Below the pieces are notes generated by a model. The model saw only the letters and a list, made by a program, of their open reading frames with translations, did no database searches and was not told where the DNA came from. A stretch of DNA of 63,763 nt, the filler included, from Folioceros fuciformis (Eukaryota): the NCBI GenBank assembly GCA_049999805.1. It is 3 parts of 3 records of this genome, joined end to end, with 100 filler letters (N's around TTAATTAATTAA, not from the genome) between each part and the next. Parts side by side here need not be neighbours in the genome. Positions count along the whole stretch, not along the records: positions 17,121 to 32,669 come from JBNGIO010006267.1; positions 32,770 to 63,763 come from JBNGIO010006268.1; 1 more part is not named here. One strand, written 5' to 3'. A program made the translations under genes and the position numbers. Below are positions 25,701-37,416 of the stretch, piece after piece (the stretch's first letter is position 1; each line of letters begins with the position of its first letter).

Positions 25701-28290
25701 GGGCACACCCTCGGGAGACCGCTTATGAAATCAAGGACGCTTTCCCCATGCAGTTCTAACTGTTCCTGCTTCAGTTTGTCCGAATGCAGTTCTAACAGTT
25801 CTTGCTTCAGTTTGGCATGGCTGAGAATCCGACGAATTCTGAGAATCTAACGAATTCCCCGTCCGATGGCTGATGCATTTGGTCATATTGCGTCATGGTT
25901 CAACTGCTGCGTTTTCAAGGCATGTTGGTGAGTCATAGCAACTTCTATGCTGACCACAGAAGTAAACACGTAGCACAAACGGAGGTGTTGATTCACAGGA
26001 CAGAAAAGCAAAAGGGTCAAAGAGAGGAAGAAATGTGGTGCAGAGCAAATCTTCCTGGCTTCGTGCAGGAGAAAGGACAACAGGGAGCAAAAGGTGGAGG
26101 CAGTGCACTCTCAATGCCTGTCCGACTGAGCAGGCAACTTCCTTTTTGTTTGTGGTCCAAGGGTGATGAGACCCAATGATGAGGGGGAAGGCACAGATCA
26201 GGCCATCGCGATACTGTCCTCCCATCCCACGGGCGGGATTATGTGCACTCAAGCTCAAGCATGCCTCGTCGCATTCGTGGCAATATAAAAAAATCCTAGG
26301 GCTAGGGGGAGGTGGTCGCCCTTGCTGTCAAAAGCGGCCATCCCAACGATGTCCTGTACTGCCTTGCGTGAAGGCTGTATCACAAGCGGGATGAAAAATC
26401 TACAGTTCCGTTACCAGGCTTGACGGATGAGCAGGCTTCACACAGATCACACACGATCCATATGGCGAGGTTTTCACGCGCAACATCATCGAATGAGAGG
26501 AGGAGGGAAAGTTGCAGATGACGGCAGAGGTTGCTGTCAAGGAGGTAGCTAGCGACAAAGACCGGCAGGTTCAAATCTGGAAACACAGTGACCACACGAT
26601 AAGCAAGGTTTAGGTGCCCCTGCGCGGTTCAAGCAGGAGGCAAGGCGGCAGAAGGCAAGAACTAGGCTGTCCAGCTCAAGATGCAGCTGAGCTGCTACCA
26701 CAAGCTGTTAGCGGTGCAGGCAGCACGGGAAGCTTGGTCTGGTGGAGGAACTGTCCCACAGTGAAGAACTCAGGAGAGGCCCGCTTGTCTCAACTCCCCC
26801 ACCGTAGGATCTCCGTGTCGAGAAGTAAGCTGGAAACAATGCACGTCTCTCAAGTCTTCTGGAAGATGCAGTCGTCGCCAACTTCGAACCCTCGTCCTCA
26901 ACTCCCTCAAATCCTTCTCCGTACTCGGGAATTTATGAGCAGTATTTCACAGTTTGTATTCGTCTTTTGTTGTTTTATGTAATTATTTTTCCTAGGGATA
27001 GCTCCTGCCGTGTAGTGGAAAGTGCTAACAGGCAGGCATGTGCGAAGGCGGCCTGATCTCGTCCTATCAAACCCAGCATGGAACCCTATTCTATTTCAAG
27101 AAAACGTCAGGTATTGTAGTTGGAAAGAATAAATGTGGCATCAATCATCCTATCGGAGTCCTATCCTACAGATTGTCCGGCCTTGAATGCGAACGGTGCG
27201 ATACGTGGGAGTCTCAAATGCAACTGATCACACGACGGATGCTTGGGTGCGATCTTTGCCATAACTGCGCCTATGAGATTCTTGGAACTCAATCCGCGCA
27301 ACGGACAACATCCTCCGTAATCAGGAGAGGAAGGCGATTACGAGGCACTGGCTTGATTGATTATTCGTCTCAATTCCACGATTCCCCACTGATTAGCGAG
27401 ATCGCGAGGCAACGCTCTCACGCTTTCCCGAATCGGAAACCGTTGGACCCACCCTGTTCAGTTCGCACCAGCACGCCCATGATTCCCAGACAAAACACCA
27501 AGATACACCATCCTGTGAATGTTTTTGTCTTCCGTTTGGAAAACAACCCGACTCTGGGGCCCGCTGTGGATGAGCCAGGAGGTCCGAGCTGGGATGTCAG
27601 AACTGTGTGCCCAATATCATCAGACTACAGACGAGATGGGAGCCACGGTGGGAAGTGGGATAGGATAGTTGCGCTGGTCTTAAGGGTAGGCCCAAGGCAT
27701 TGGCTCCCGAGTCCCGTGCATCGGGCTTTTTCCTTCCTTTTTGTGGCAAGAGAAAACAGTTTGTTTAGTCTGCCGGTCATGCGAGCCATTGAGCTGGACT
27801 GGCGCTGGCATGCAGAGCATCGCAAAGCTGCAACGGGAGTCTCTGCTGACAGAGAATGAGAGCAACATTTGATTTGCTTTTGCTGCATGCAACAAATTAC
27901 ACACCTCTGGTGTCCCATCCCGTGTCCTCACATCCTGCGATGTGCATAATGCACAGGGCAGGAAAATGCTCCACTCAGCACCGGCCTGCCATCCCCAATG
28001 TCCCTGACTGAGAGCGGAGGCCGTGCGGAGTGGAGAGGGGAGGACGGAATGAGTGAGCAAGGACCACCTGGGTCTTACAAAGGAGGGCCTTCTTATATGA
28101 CTGTAAAGAATGACATACCTGCTATCAAAACCAGGTTCTACAGGTCTTCTTGTACATAAGGCACGTTGCAGCCTTGGTGGACATAACTAATAGACAATGG
28201 GTTGGGGGCGGGGGGGGAAGGGAAGCGAAAAGGAGGGGGGCAATCCAAAGCAAGCAAGGAAGGAATTGTGGCTGGTTGAGGATGTTGGAG

Positions 28291-29679
28291 TCATACCATG
28301 TAGATGACAACAAAGCAAGGGAGCACAGCCTTGGCATTGAAGACGAGGAGATCCCCCATGTTGGAGTAGGGGCCGACATCCGAGGCCACAGAATCGTATC
28401 CGGCAGGAGGGGAAGAGTGAGCATCAAGGGCGAGGGAGTCGGGGCCGGCAGCAGCCGTGTGCACTCTCCCAGCAATGACTCTGCACACCACCATGGCGCG
28501 CCGGGCCTTGCACACATCGTCGTCGTCGAACCCTGGCCAGTAGGCGATGGAGTCGTGAGCCTTGCCGCTGGTGGAGGTGGTCTGGATGCCTTTCCCCTCG
28601 TCCCTGTGCGAGGAGAAGCCCTGCCGGATGATCTGACACACGCTGCAGGAGGGCAGGAAGCAGAGGCTGGTGGAGCCGCTGTAGCCCAGGGAGCACATGA
28701 CGGTGGTGCCGTAGAATCGCAGGAGCTCGTTCCCGTCCGCCATGCACCGCGGATGCTTCTTTGGGAGCTTGTTGGCCCGCGCCTTCACCGCGTCCCGGAA
28801 CTCCTCGAACTTGGCGATGGTCCTCTGCGTGTTGTGCACCTTGAGGATGCGCTCGATCTTCCCGCACGGGATCTCCTTCTTTAGCCAGCTCGTCCTGAAG
28901 ATGATCTCCACCACGTTCCGCGACGAGTCGCCCGGATGGAGCTCCGTCACTGCACAATCGCACACGCACATTGCATTGGCATTGCATCTTCAGGAAAAGA
29001 GAAGCAAGCGCACTCCAATTACCCCATACAACTGTGGCCCGAGGCAAAGAGCAACTGGAAGCACTAATTTGGTACCAGCGTGGCGGATGATCTGGTGCTG
29101 CTCCAGCGCTTCCACCCGGTTGAAGAGCTGCCCACATTTCTGGCACCCGGGCTTGGGGGAGTCGCACGCCACGCCCGCCTCCCGCTCCAGCGCCTCGTAC
29201 CCCTGCCCCAGAGTGCAGTCGTAGCAGCCCGAGAATCTCCGCAGCGGCGTCCCCCTGCTCACGTAGCTGGAAGAGATAGGCGTCCCGCAGTAGGAGCTGA
29301 TGCCTTTTTCCCTCAGCAGTCCCCGCTCCCCGACCACGTCGTTGTCCACGCTGTCGAAGAATTCGCTCACGCTGTCCCGCGACACCGGGCTGCACGACGA
29401 GCTCTGCTTGTGCATCACCCTGGTGTTGCCGTGAATCACATCCTTGAGCGACCTGGCGCAGGCTCCCGAGCCAGGAGCCTTCCTGTCCACTTTTTCCCTC
29501 TCCCGCTCCCGCTCCCGGTCCCGCTCCCGGTCCTTCCCTTCCCTCTCCCGGTCCTTCCTTTCCCTCCCCCCTTTCTTTCCATTCTTGGATTTCCCACTTC
29601 CCGCCCGCGGCTCATGCACCTGCTCCAAGTCCGTCTTGCAAGACAGCGTCTTCTTCCATGTCTGCCATGGCGCCGGCAT
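28291..29679 (-). CDS. Plant C2H2 zinc-finger plus PARP/ADP-ribosyltransferase-like domain protein (420 aa, 2 exons)
   Basis: Exons 29679-29076 and 28949-28291 (GT-AG). WQTWKKTLSCK, LKDVIHGNTRV, CQKCGQLFNRVEALEQHQIIRHA|VTEL, KKHPRCMADGNELLRF, TTSTSGKAHD, VCRVIAGRV, LPCFVVIY. Confidence 0.9.
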
Positions 29680-30967
29680 CTCGTTCCCCCCTCCCGCTGC
29701 TCTCTCCCTTCCCTTCCTACGGTCCTTCCCTTGCCCTCCTCACCTACCACGCCCTCGCCCTCCCGACCTCCTTTCCCCGGAATTCCCCTCTCATCCTCCC
29801 CATTCCGCCCCTGCAATTGCAGCCGGCCGGGAATGCGTTACCGCGCGTCCGAATTGCAACCAGCGGATTCGTTTGCTGCTGGCGGGGGGCAAGCCACATG
29901 CTTTCCGCGTACGACAAGCGGGAGCGAGAGACCGCGAGAGCAGAGTCCTGAAGCCAAGCAGGACACGGGGGAGGCAGCCAAGCGCGCAGTGTAACAGAAA
30001 CAGAATGCGGGAGGAGCCGGACAGCAGCAGGGCAGACACCGACACAAGGGAAGGTGACCTGCTGGGAGGCGCAGGAAATGGAAACTCCTAGAACCGGATT
30101 GCTCGCAGACTGCAAGGACCGGCCTTCTCCTTCTCCTTCTCTTCTTCTCCTCTTCTCCTCTTCTCCTCGTCCTCCTAGGACTGACTGACTCGCTTCACCG
30201 AGCGATGAGAGAGACGAGACCAGGCATAGCCAGAGTCTCTCACGAGAGAGCCCGGCAGGAAGAAAGAGAGAGAGGGCAAGGCCGCTGTCAGACCACATGA
30301 GGCTTGTTTAATAACAATGCATTATTTACCATATCCTAAATATCTCCGAAAATCGCACGGCGTACCCGGCTAAGCACGCCCCTCTTCCTGCCTCCCTTTT
30401 CCCACGGTCCGACCGCGAGCCGCACAGCTCGCGTTTCCACACCCAGCCTCGACACGTCAAATTTGTATCTCGGCAAACGCAGCGCAGTCGTGAACTTGAC
30501 TCCAGGTCCCGTCAGGTCGGGCCCGCGTTGCATCTGGCTTGGTAAAAACCCGTTTTGGAACGGGTTATTATGTATGGGGCAAGTCGCCATGCCGACCAGA
30601 CCGTTTGAAAGGCTCGAGCCGATGACGCACGCTGGGACCCGGTTGTTGCGACTTGGCACATGGTTACTGTTTACACGACGCAGTACCTCATGTCATACGG
30701 TCTACAGTTGGCTTGGAGGCGACTCCGTCAGGTGGGGAGCCGCCCGTTCCATGCGGCCGTTTTTGTGGGTCCCGTTGAGCTGGGCTGGGCTGGGCTCGGC
30801 TTGCCTTGCCTTGCCTTGGGTTGGCTTGCCTTGGCTTGGCTGCGTCTCTAAATCTAATGCCAAATTCAAAAATGAGCTATATTTGAACGAAAAGAAGTCT
30901 CGACTGTACATGAATACCTTATGTTGCAACCGTACGTACGGTGTATCCATGCCAAATGTACTCAACA

Positions 30968-30999
30968 GACATACATACATACATACATACATACATACA
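30968..30999. repeat. (ACAT)n microsatellite
   Basis: About 8 perfect units. Confidence 0.9.
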
Positions 31000-32669
31000 T
31001 CTATGTCGTATACACAAAATGTATGTACAGTGGCCGGTACTGTAGTCTTTATGTCGAAAGAGGTGGACGAGTTAATGTGTTTTTGAATTTCCTCATAATT
31101 TGAGCTCCAATGAGGGGGAAGGATTGCGTGGTGTCAGGCGGGACAGGATTTGGGCCGTATCCCAAATCCTAGCGTGGTTGTCCCTACAGGTCAATGAATT
31201 CGGTTTGGTGGTCTGCACACACACAGCTCATGGCTGTGTCCAAGGACGGACTGCCTGGACGCACCATGGCATGGAGTAGGACGTGACTGTTTGTGGAAGG
31301 CAGCAATGCTAAATTTGCAATGAATGTGTGCGCATTTTGGAGGCAATTTTGAAGCTGGGGTTGCGGTGCGCGTCACTTGCGCACAATACGAGAAACGTAG
31401 GTCCCAGGAGAGACCCAGAGGTCATGACCCCAGAGCCAGAGGCACAGCCAGAGGCAGAGCCCGAGAGATCGTTATCGAATGTGCTGTAGCCTGTAGTAGC
31501 CTGTGGGGTGTGTGTGAGAGGTCAGTCTCACCCTTTTTCTATGACGTCTTGATGGCTATAAGACTATTCAGCCTGTGTCCCCGGCTTGACCGGGCGCTAA
31601 AAAACGCCGCTCTGACGTTTCAAATTGACGTGGGCTTACGTTTTATAACTACCTCCAGTCCTTGACTGCTGTGAACGGGGTCAGAAGGTGTTCGAACCCG
31701 GGTGGGTGGGTGAGGGTGAGCCTTTGACCTCACCCCCTGGTTACGATCGTGTAGTCGGCATGGTGTACAGCAGTGTGCGGTGTGCAGTTTGGGGGGCCGA
31801 GCCGGGACCCGGGACCCGGGAGCCAGGGCGTGCGCGTGCGCCAGCAACGGAACGGGGGTCCAGCCCTGCCCGCTCCCAGGTTTGAACGACTCATGACCCT
31901 CCGGGAGCGCTGGCAGGTGTCCGTGGGTGGGAGGAGTCGTCGCCTTCGAGCTCCGCCCCGCGTCCGGGCGGCCATGGGCCATGGCCGACTCTGCCTCCTC
32001 CTGCAAGTGCAGTGCACACTGCAGCGACAGACTCTGCGCCTTATTACCCTTGCTTGTCTGCCGCACTGGCAGCCTTTGCAGGCTTTCGGCATGTGCGGAT
32101 ACGGCCCTTGGTTTTCCAGCTCCTCTTCGTCTTTCGCCTCCGGATAGCTGGAGAGTGGAGGTGCTTCGCGTGTGCGGTTGCCGCCTTGCGCTTGCGGCCA
32201 CGCTTTGCTCCAGATGGGATAGACCTATCCTCTGCCTTCATGCAGCACTTGCTTCCTTCCTTCCACCGCTGCACCGATATGTCCAGTTCGACACGCACAC
32301 ACAACTTGGCTATGCAAGAGTGATCGGCATCTAGAGATGAATGGACTGAAGGAATGCCGTAGCAGGTGCAGGGGGCAGGGGCAGGGGCAGGGGCAGGGGC
32401 AGGAGCAGGAGCAGCTGGTCCGAGAGCCCGACGGCCCCGACATCCTCGAAGCTAGGCCGGGCCGGCCCGGCGGTAGCATACACGCGCAAGCAACCCAGAC
32501 CATGTACGCGAACGAGGGTTTGGAGACAAGTCCCTGTCAGGGCTCACTTCCTTGCGGCCAACCCTAGCAAACGATTCGGGAATTTCGCACGCGTTTCTGT
32601 AACTTGTGTGTGGGAATGAGCAATCAGCGTGCGAGGAGTGCACCGCACGGCAGGCTGTTGATCAATGTG

Positions 32670-32769
32670 NNNNNNNNNNNNNNNNNNNNNNNNNNNNNNN
32701 NNNNNNNNNNNNNTTAATTAATTAANNNNNNNNNNNNNNNNNNNNNNNNNNNNNNNNNNNNNNNNNNNN
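32670..32769. other. Assembly gap with artificial linker
   Basis: N runs flank TTAATTAATTAA. Confidence 0.95.
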
Positions 32770-33112
32770 TCATTCAGGAGAGATGCAATAGTCAAGGGGT
32801 CATGGTTGAAAAGTGGTCAGGTATTGCTGGCAAATATTTATTCTTTTTAATCTATTTTAATCCATAAATATGTGAAATTGCACTAAAACGGTAATATGTC
32901 AGAAACAGCATCACATAGATCATGATCCTGTAGTTGAGCGCCAAACCAAACCTTCTAAGTCACAATCACCTGCTGTTGTCTTGAAGAATGGAAATGGCCA
33001 TAGTTTCACTTCTTCACAACCTAAGAGTGTAGTCTCAGGTGGAAAATGCCTAGTTGTCTATCTTTTCAGTTTAATTTTTGAAGCTCATTTGGTCTTACTG
33101 TAATTCTTACTA

Positions 33113-33775
33113 ATGAATATAGAGACATTCAAGCATGGGGACCAACATCAGGCTCAAAATCAAGTGTCTCCCACATTTATCAAAAGGCAATATGATCACT
33201 CTGTGATCACACATGTAGATGAGAAGTATGCTACTAGCAGCTTGAATCCCATATCATCTTCACAATCTCTACCCTTTTCTAGAAGAGATCTTGAGGCATA
33301 TAGGTCGCAACCCATATTATCTCACCTTCCAATCTATGGCGGAGGAAACTCATACTCCAATCCTCTTATCCCCACTTCCCAACCCTTTGCCACAAAAGAC
33401 AATGGATCATATGTATCATCCAACCTTCCAGTTTATGGTGGAGGAAACTTGAACTTGAACTTGACTCCAAGAATACCCACTTCCCAACCATCTCCTACAA
33501 TAGATAATGGTTCACACACAACCCAACAACGATCTTCTCACTTACCAACTTATGGTGCAACTAAGTTCTGGAACTCACCTAGTGAAAGGGAGAGCTCAAG
33601 TTACACACAAAATGCATCACATGGCTCAAGTGAGACTTCTGTCTTGACGCCCATTGTAGCAAAAAATGCAACACTTGTGCAACATGAAGACTACAATGAG
33701 GCGGCAAGTCATGAATCTTTTAGGCAAGCTGTAGCTGCTTGGAGGAATACAGGTGAGGAGACAAAACGAACATGA
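33113..33775 (+). CDS. Partial exon of an unknown gene with a ZBBX-like motif
   Basis: 220-codon S/P-rich ORF with a thrice-repeated S[HN]LP.YG motif, ending EDYNEAASHESFRQAVAAWRNTG with a possible donor CAG|GTGAG. The gene is probably cut by the upstream gap. Confidence 0.45.
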   Translation: MNIETFKHGDQHQAQNQVSPTFIKRQYDHSVITHVDEKYATSSLNPISSSQSLPFSRRDLEAYRSQPILSHLPIYGGGNSYSNPLIPTSQPFATKDNGSYVSSNLPVYGGGNLNLNLTPRIPTSQPSPTIDNGSHTTQQRSSHLPTYGATKFWNSPSERESSSYTQNASHGSSETSVLTPIVAKNATLVQHEDYNEAASHESFRQAVAAWRNTGEETKRT

Positions 33776-35289
33776 AAGCATTGAAACTTATTTATTGGGT
33801 TATTGTATATCAAAGCTATTATTAGTTACTAAGTTGATTAAAAATAAAGCTTACTCTCCTAAGTTGTGGTTGCAAAGTGTAGCTCATGCATCTTATGCAT
33901 CTAGTGCATCAAGACAAAAAGATTGTGATACTTTGGGCTGCCAGACTGAAAGTCCAAGGATAAATGATGAGGAATCAACCGCTGCAACCACAAACAACAA
34001 GTCATATTTTTACCACGTATGTTTGTGAAATATGTATTTAGCACCACGTTCTAGTTCTTTGTTGAGCTCTAACTTTTTTGGTTGAATTTTTCAATGTTGT
34101 GTAGCTCCTTTTCCAGTTCCCAAGCCATGGTTCTTTTGTGAAAAGCATGACCCAACTTGAAGAGGAGAGGAAACTAGCATGTGCACATCATTAAGTGAGT
34201 GTTCCAAAATCAGGTCAAGTGTGGATTAAGAAGAAGTAGCAATTCAAGCGAGGAACAAGATGGAAAACCCATCTACCCCTTAAGAGGGAGATAAATCTAG
34301 GACCCTAGGGGTTAAGAAGGAGAAGTTCAAGTATGGGTTAAGAAAAAGAAGTTCAAAGTATATGGGCTAAGAAGAAGTTCAAGTATGGGTTAAGAAGAGG
34401 AATTCTATTACAGTCCAGTAAGGACTGTTAAGTCCAAGCAAAGCCCTGATTAGAATAGAAGCCATTTGTGGTCTTTTCACTTATTTTTCTCGTTGGAGAA
34501 CAAGCAATGGAGGTTGCAATTTGTAGAAACGCTACATGTTGTACTTGTTGCCTGGATATTGTTCATTTTTTATTCCTACCCGAAATTCGAATTCGAATTC
34601 GAGTAGGTCAGCAATCGGAAGGGAGCCGGTGATGAGAGTTAGCAACATGGTGTGCCTGCGAAGGCGAAATCTAGCTCGAGACTCTGGAAGTCGGTGTGTT
34701 GTGATCTTTCACCCACATTGACAGTATCCTCCACTCCACCTCCTGAAAGAATGAATGGCCCAGAGCCTCAGATGAAGCAGATGAACATAGCCATATCCTG
34801 CATGTGCAGACTGTGAAACAAAGTTGTACACAGAGCGTACAACTTTCTCACTTTCTAGCCCTAGTGAATGGCACCGTCAGTCTCATCGATTTGCCGTCTC
34901 CTCGCGCATTCGAGTAGCTGACGACTTGCTCTCATCCTTAGCCTGGACCCTCTCGTCCTTCTCATTTCTCGTACCATTTATCAATTCCCAATTCCACATC
35001 GCTCCCGTGGCTTTCTGTGGCTACATGTGCCTTCCCGTGGCCGTGTCCTGGACCGTGGCCTGCCGAGAGGCCACGACGGCCCCTCCCTGGGACCTGTAAA
35101 GCTGTCGTGGCCTGCCCCCGCCGCACAGGAGGGCGGCCTCTCTACCCCGCTCCGATCCGCGAGGCAGGCGCCTCCTCGGCCTGGCCATCCCGGCCTCCCT
35201 CGTGGGAACAAAAGCCGCGTGAGCGAGGAACACGATTCATCGCTCCTGGGTAGGTGATTAGTTTTAATACGAGCAAAAACAAGGGCCCT

Positions 35290-35510
35290 TAGGATTTAGG
35301 GTTTACGATCCAAACCCTAAACTCTACACCCCTGAAACCCTAAACTCTAGACTGTGAATCCTCAACTATGGACGTTGAACCCTACATTCTAGACCCTGAC
35401 GTCTACATTCTAGACCCTAAGCCCTAAATTCTACCCTAACCCCTAAATTCTAGACCTCGAACCCTAAATTCTAGATCTCAAACCCCTAGACCCATAAACC
35501 CTAAATAGGC
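35290..35510. repeat. Degenerate telomere-like array (AAACCCTAAA / ACCCTAAATTCTAG units)
   Basis: About 10 imperfect units of roughly 21 bp. Confidence 0.7.
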
Positions 35511-36022
35511 CAGCATTCCAGCCTAAGTGAGAGACCTGCATCATTTGTGGTCCAAGGGTCACTAAAGGTTTAGGGTTTGTTACTAAAGAACTCTATGACT
35601 AACGATTAATGATAGCAAATGACTAACCAAGATCATTAGTCATTCAACACCCCGCATTCTAACAGTGACACTTTTGCTTTTTGAGACTTCATGCCTATCA
35701 CATCTCACGTCTTGCTCGACGAGATAGACCTATCACATCTTATGCAAATATTCCACATACTAACCGACATGTACTTTTTTGGCCTTCTGATCTAGACCTA
35801 TCACATCTTTTGCAAATATTCCACATATTGATAGACATGTACTTTTTCGGTCTTCCACTCGGTCTCCAAGATCTCTTTCACTCGTGCTTGTTATGTTGTG
35901 GGGTACATATTTCATTCCACGATGTACTTCTAGTTGTACGTTCATTGATGTATCCTTCCTCTTGACCCACTTGTACGTTCATTGCTGTATGCTTCCTCTT
36001 GGTTGATTTGCACCACACACAA

Positions 36023-36446
36023 CAGTACCTCTTGGCTGTAAAGCTCTTGGTTGACAATACCTCTTGGCTTTAAAGCTTTTGGTTGCTTTGTAGATATGAA
36101 AGTACTCTCATGTTCTTGTCGCATAATCTTGGTAGTTGACATGATCTCATTGGTGATTGGTTCGTGCGTTTGTAAGTGCCTATCTGTAAGTACATTTAGA
36201 TCTGCATGAACATGCAAATCAGGTCGTTTGTACACACGACAGTACCTCTTGGCTGTAAAGGTCTTGGTTGACAATACCTCTTGGCTTTAAAGCTGTTGGT
36301 TGGTTTGTAGATACGAAAGTACTCTCATGTTCTTGTCGTATTAGTCATTGACATGGTCTGATTCGTGATTGGTTCTTGCGTTTGTAAGTGCCTATCTGTA
36401 AGTACATTTAGATTTGCATGCACATGCAAATCAGGTCGCTTGTACA
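36023..36446. repeat. Tandem duplication, 2 x about 217 bp
   Basis: CAGTACCTCTTGGCTGTAAAG starts at 36023 and 36240; paralogous ORFs YKRPDLHVHA.LNVLTDRHLQT. Confidence 0.9.
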
Positions 36447-37416
36447 ATTTGATGTTTGTGTCCAAGGATCTTGCTGCAGACATGGTTACATCATGTTGGA
36501 CTTTCTCTAGACAATATATCATATTACGTCTGGACATATTTGTAAATAAATTATACTGTGGTCTGGACTTTGTGATACATAGATGTATGGAGTAGCTGGG
36601 AGAGCTTGTTTCTTGTTAGCCACCGAACTTGATCCATTTAGAGGAATAGATGAGGTTATCGCTCTTAAAAAAATATTAAACTCCAAGTAAGGAAGTGTGA
36701 AAGGAAAAATCCTGCCTGCGAGGGTGGGGCTCGGGCAGACGAGGATGAGAAATCGAGAATCGGGAAGGGGAGCGACGAAAGATCGGGACGTGAGCCTCGG
36801 AGGCGGCAGACAAGCGAGATGGTACAGGATAAATGCTACACGGGTCTGGTGTAATGTGAACAAGTTGTACGTGTCCTGGCAGCGTGAAGGATTCCAACGT
36901 TCCGGCTCTGTGAATCTGGGCCCAGCAGCAGAAGCCGCGGGTCGTGGCCAACAGCGACGAATCGCCTGCCGCTGTCTGCCAAACTGTCCTGCCTGCCCCT
37001 CTCGCTGTGTTGCAATCAAAGCTCATCACGAGAGCGACCAGTCGTTCCCGAACCCTAAACCCCGGGGCAACCCCTGCGTCCCAGCGTGCCGGGCAGGCGC
37101 CCAGCTTGCGTCCCGTGCAGCCATGGCGGAGACCGTGCACACGCTTTGGAGGCCCAGGCAGGATGGCGTTGGCGTCATCCATCCCGCCTTGAGCAGTATA
37201 TAAGCCTCCTCTCCCGCCCTGGGCAATCCACATTCCCAAGAGTGATCAGCTCCTGCTCTTTGCTCCCGCTTTCCTCTGTTCCTGCTGTTTCCCCCCTTCC
37301 TTCTCTTCCTTGCTTCCTCTGCTTCCGGCTCCAGTTGCCTGGAGGGGAGCAAGCCCTGGTAGGGTTTCGGTGTTGGGTCCAGGTGAGGTGAATTTCGCGC
37401 TTTGTGGGTGGGTGCC

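Noticed and set aside
27038-27859. 273-aa ORF
   Set aside because: No recognisable domain or splice structure; it lies downstream of the convergent zinc-finger gene.
28150-30298. Several long overlapping ORFs (244, 323, 304 and 215 aa)
   Set aside because: Shadow frames of the GC-rich zinc-finger gene, with no recognisable motifs.
31100-32660. GC-rich ORF cluster and (CAGGGG)n tract
   Set aside because: Low-complexity intergenic sequence with no supportable protein.
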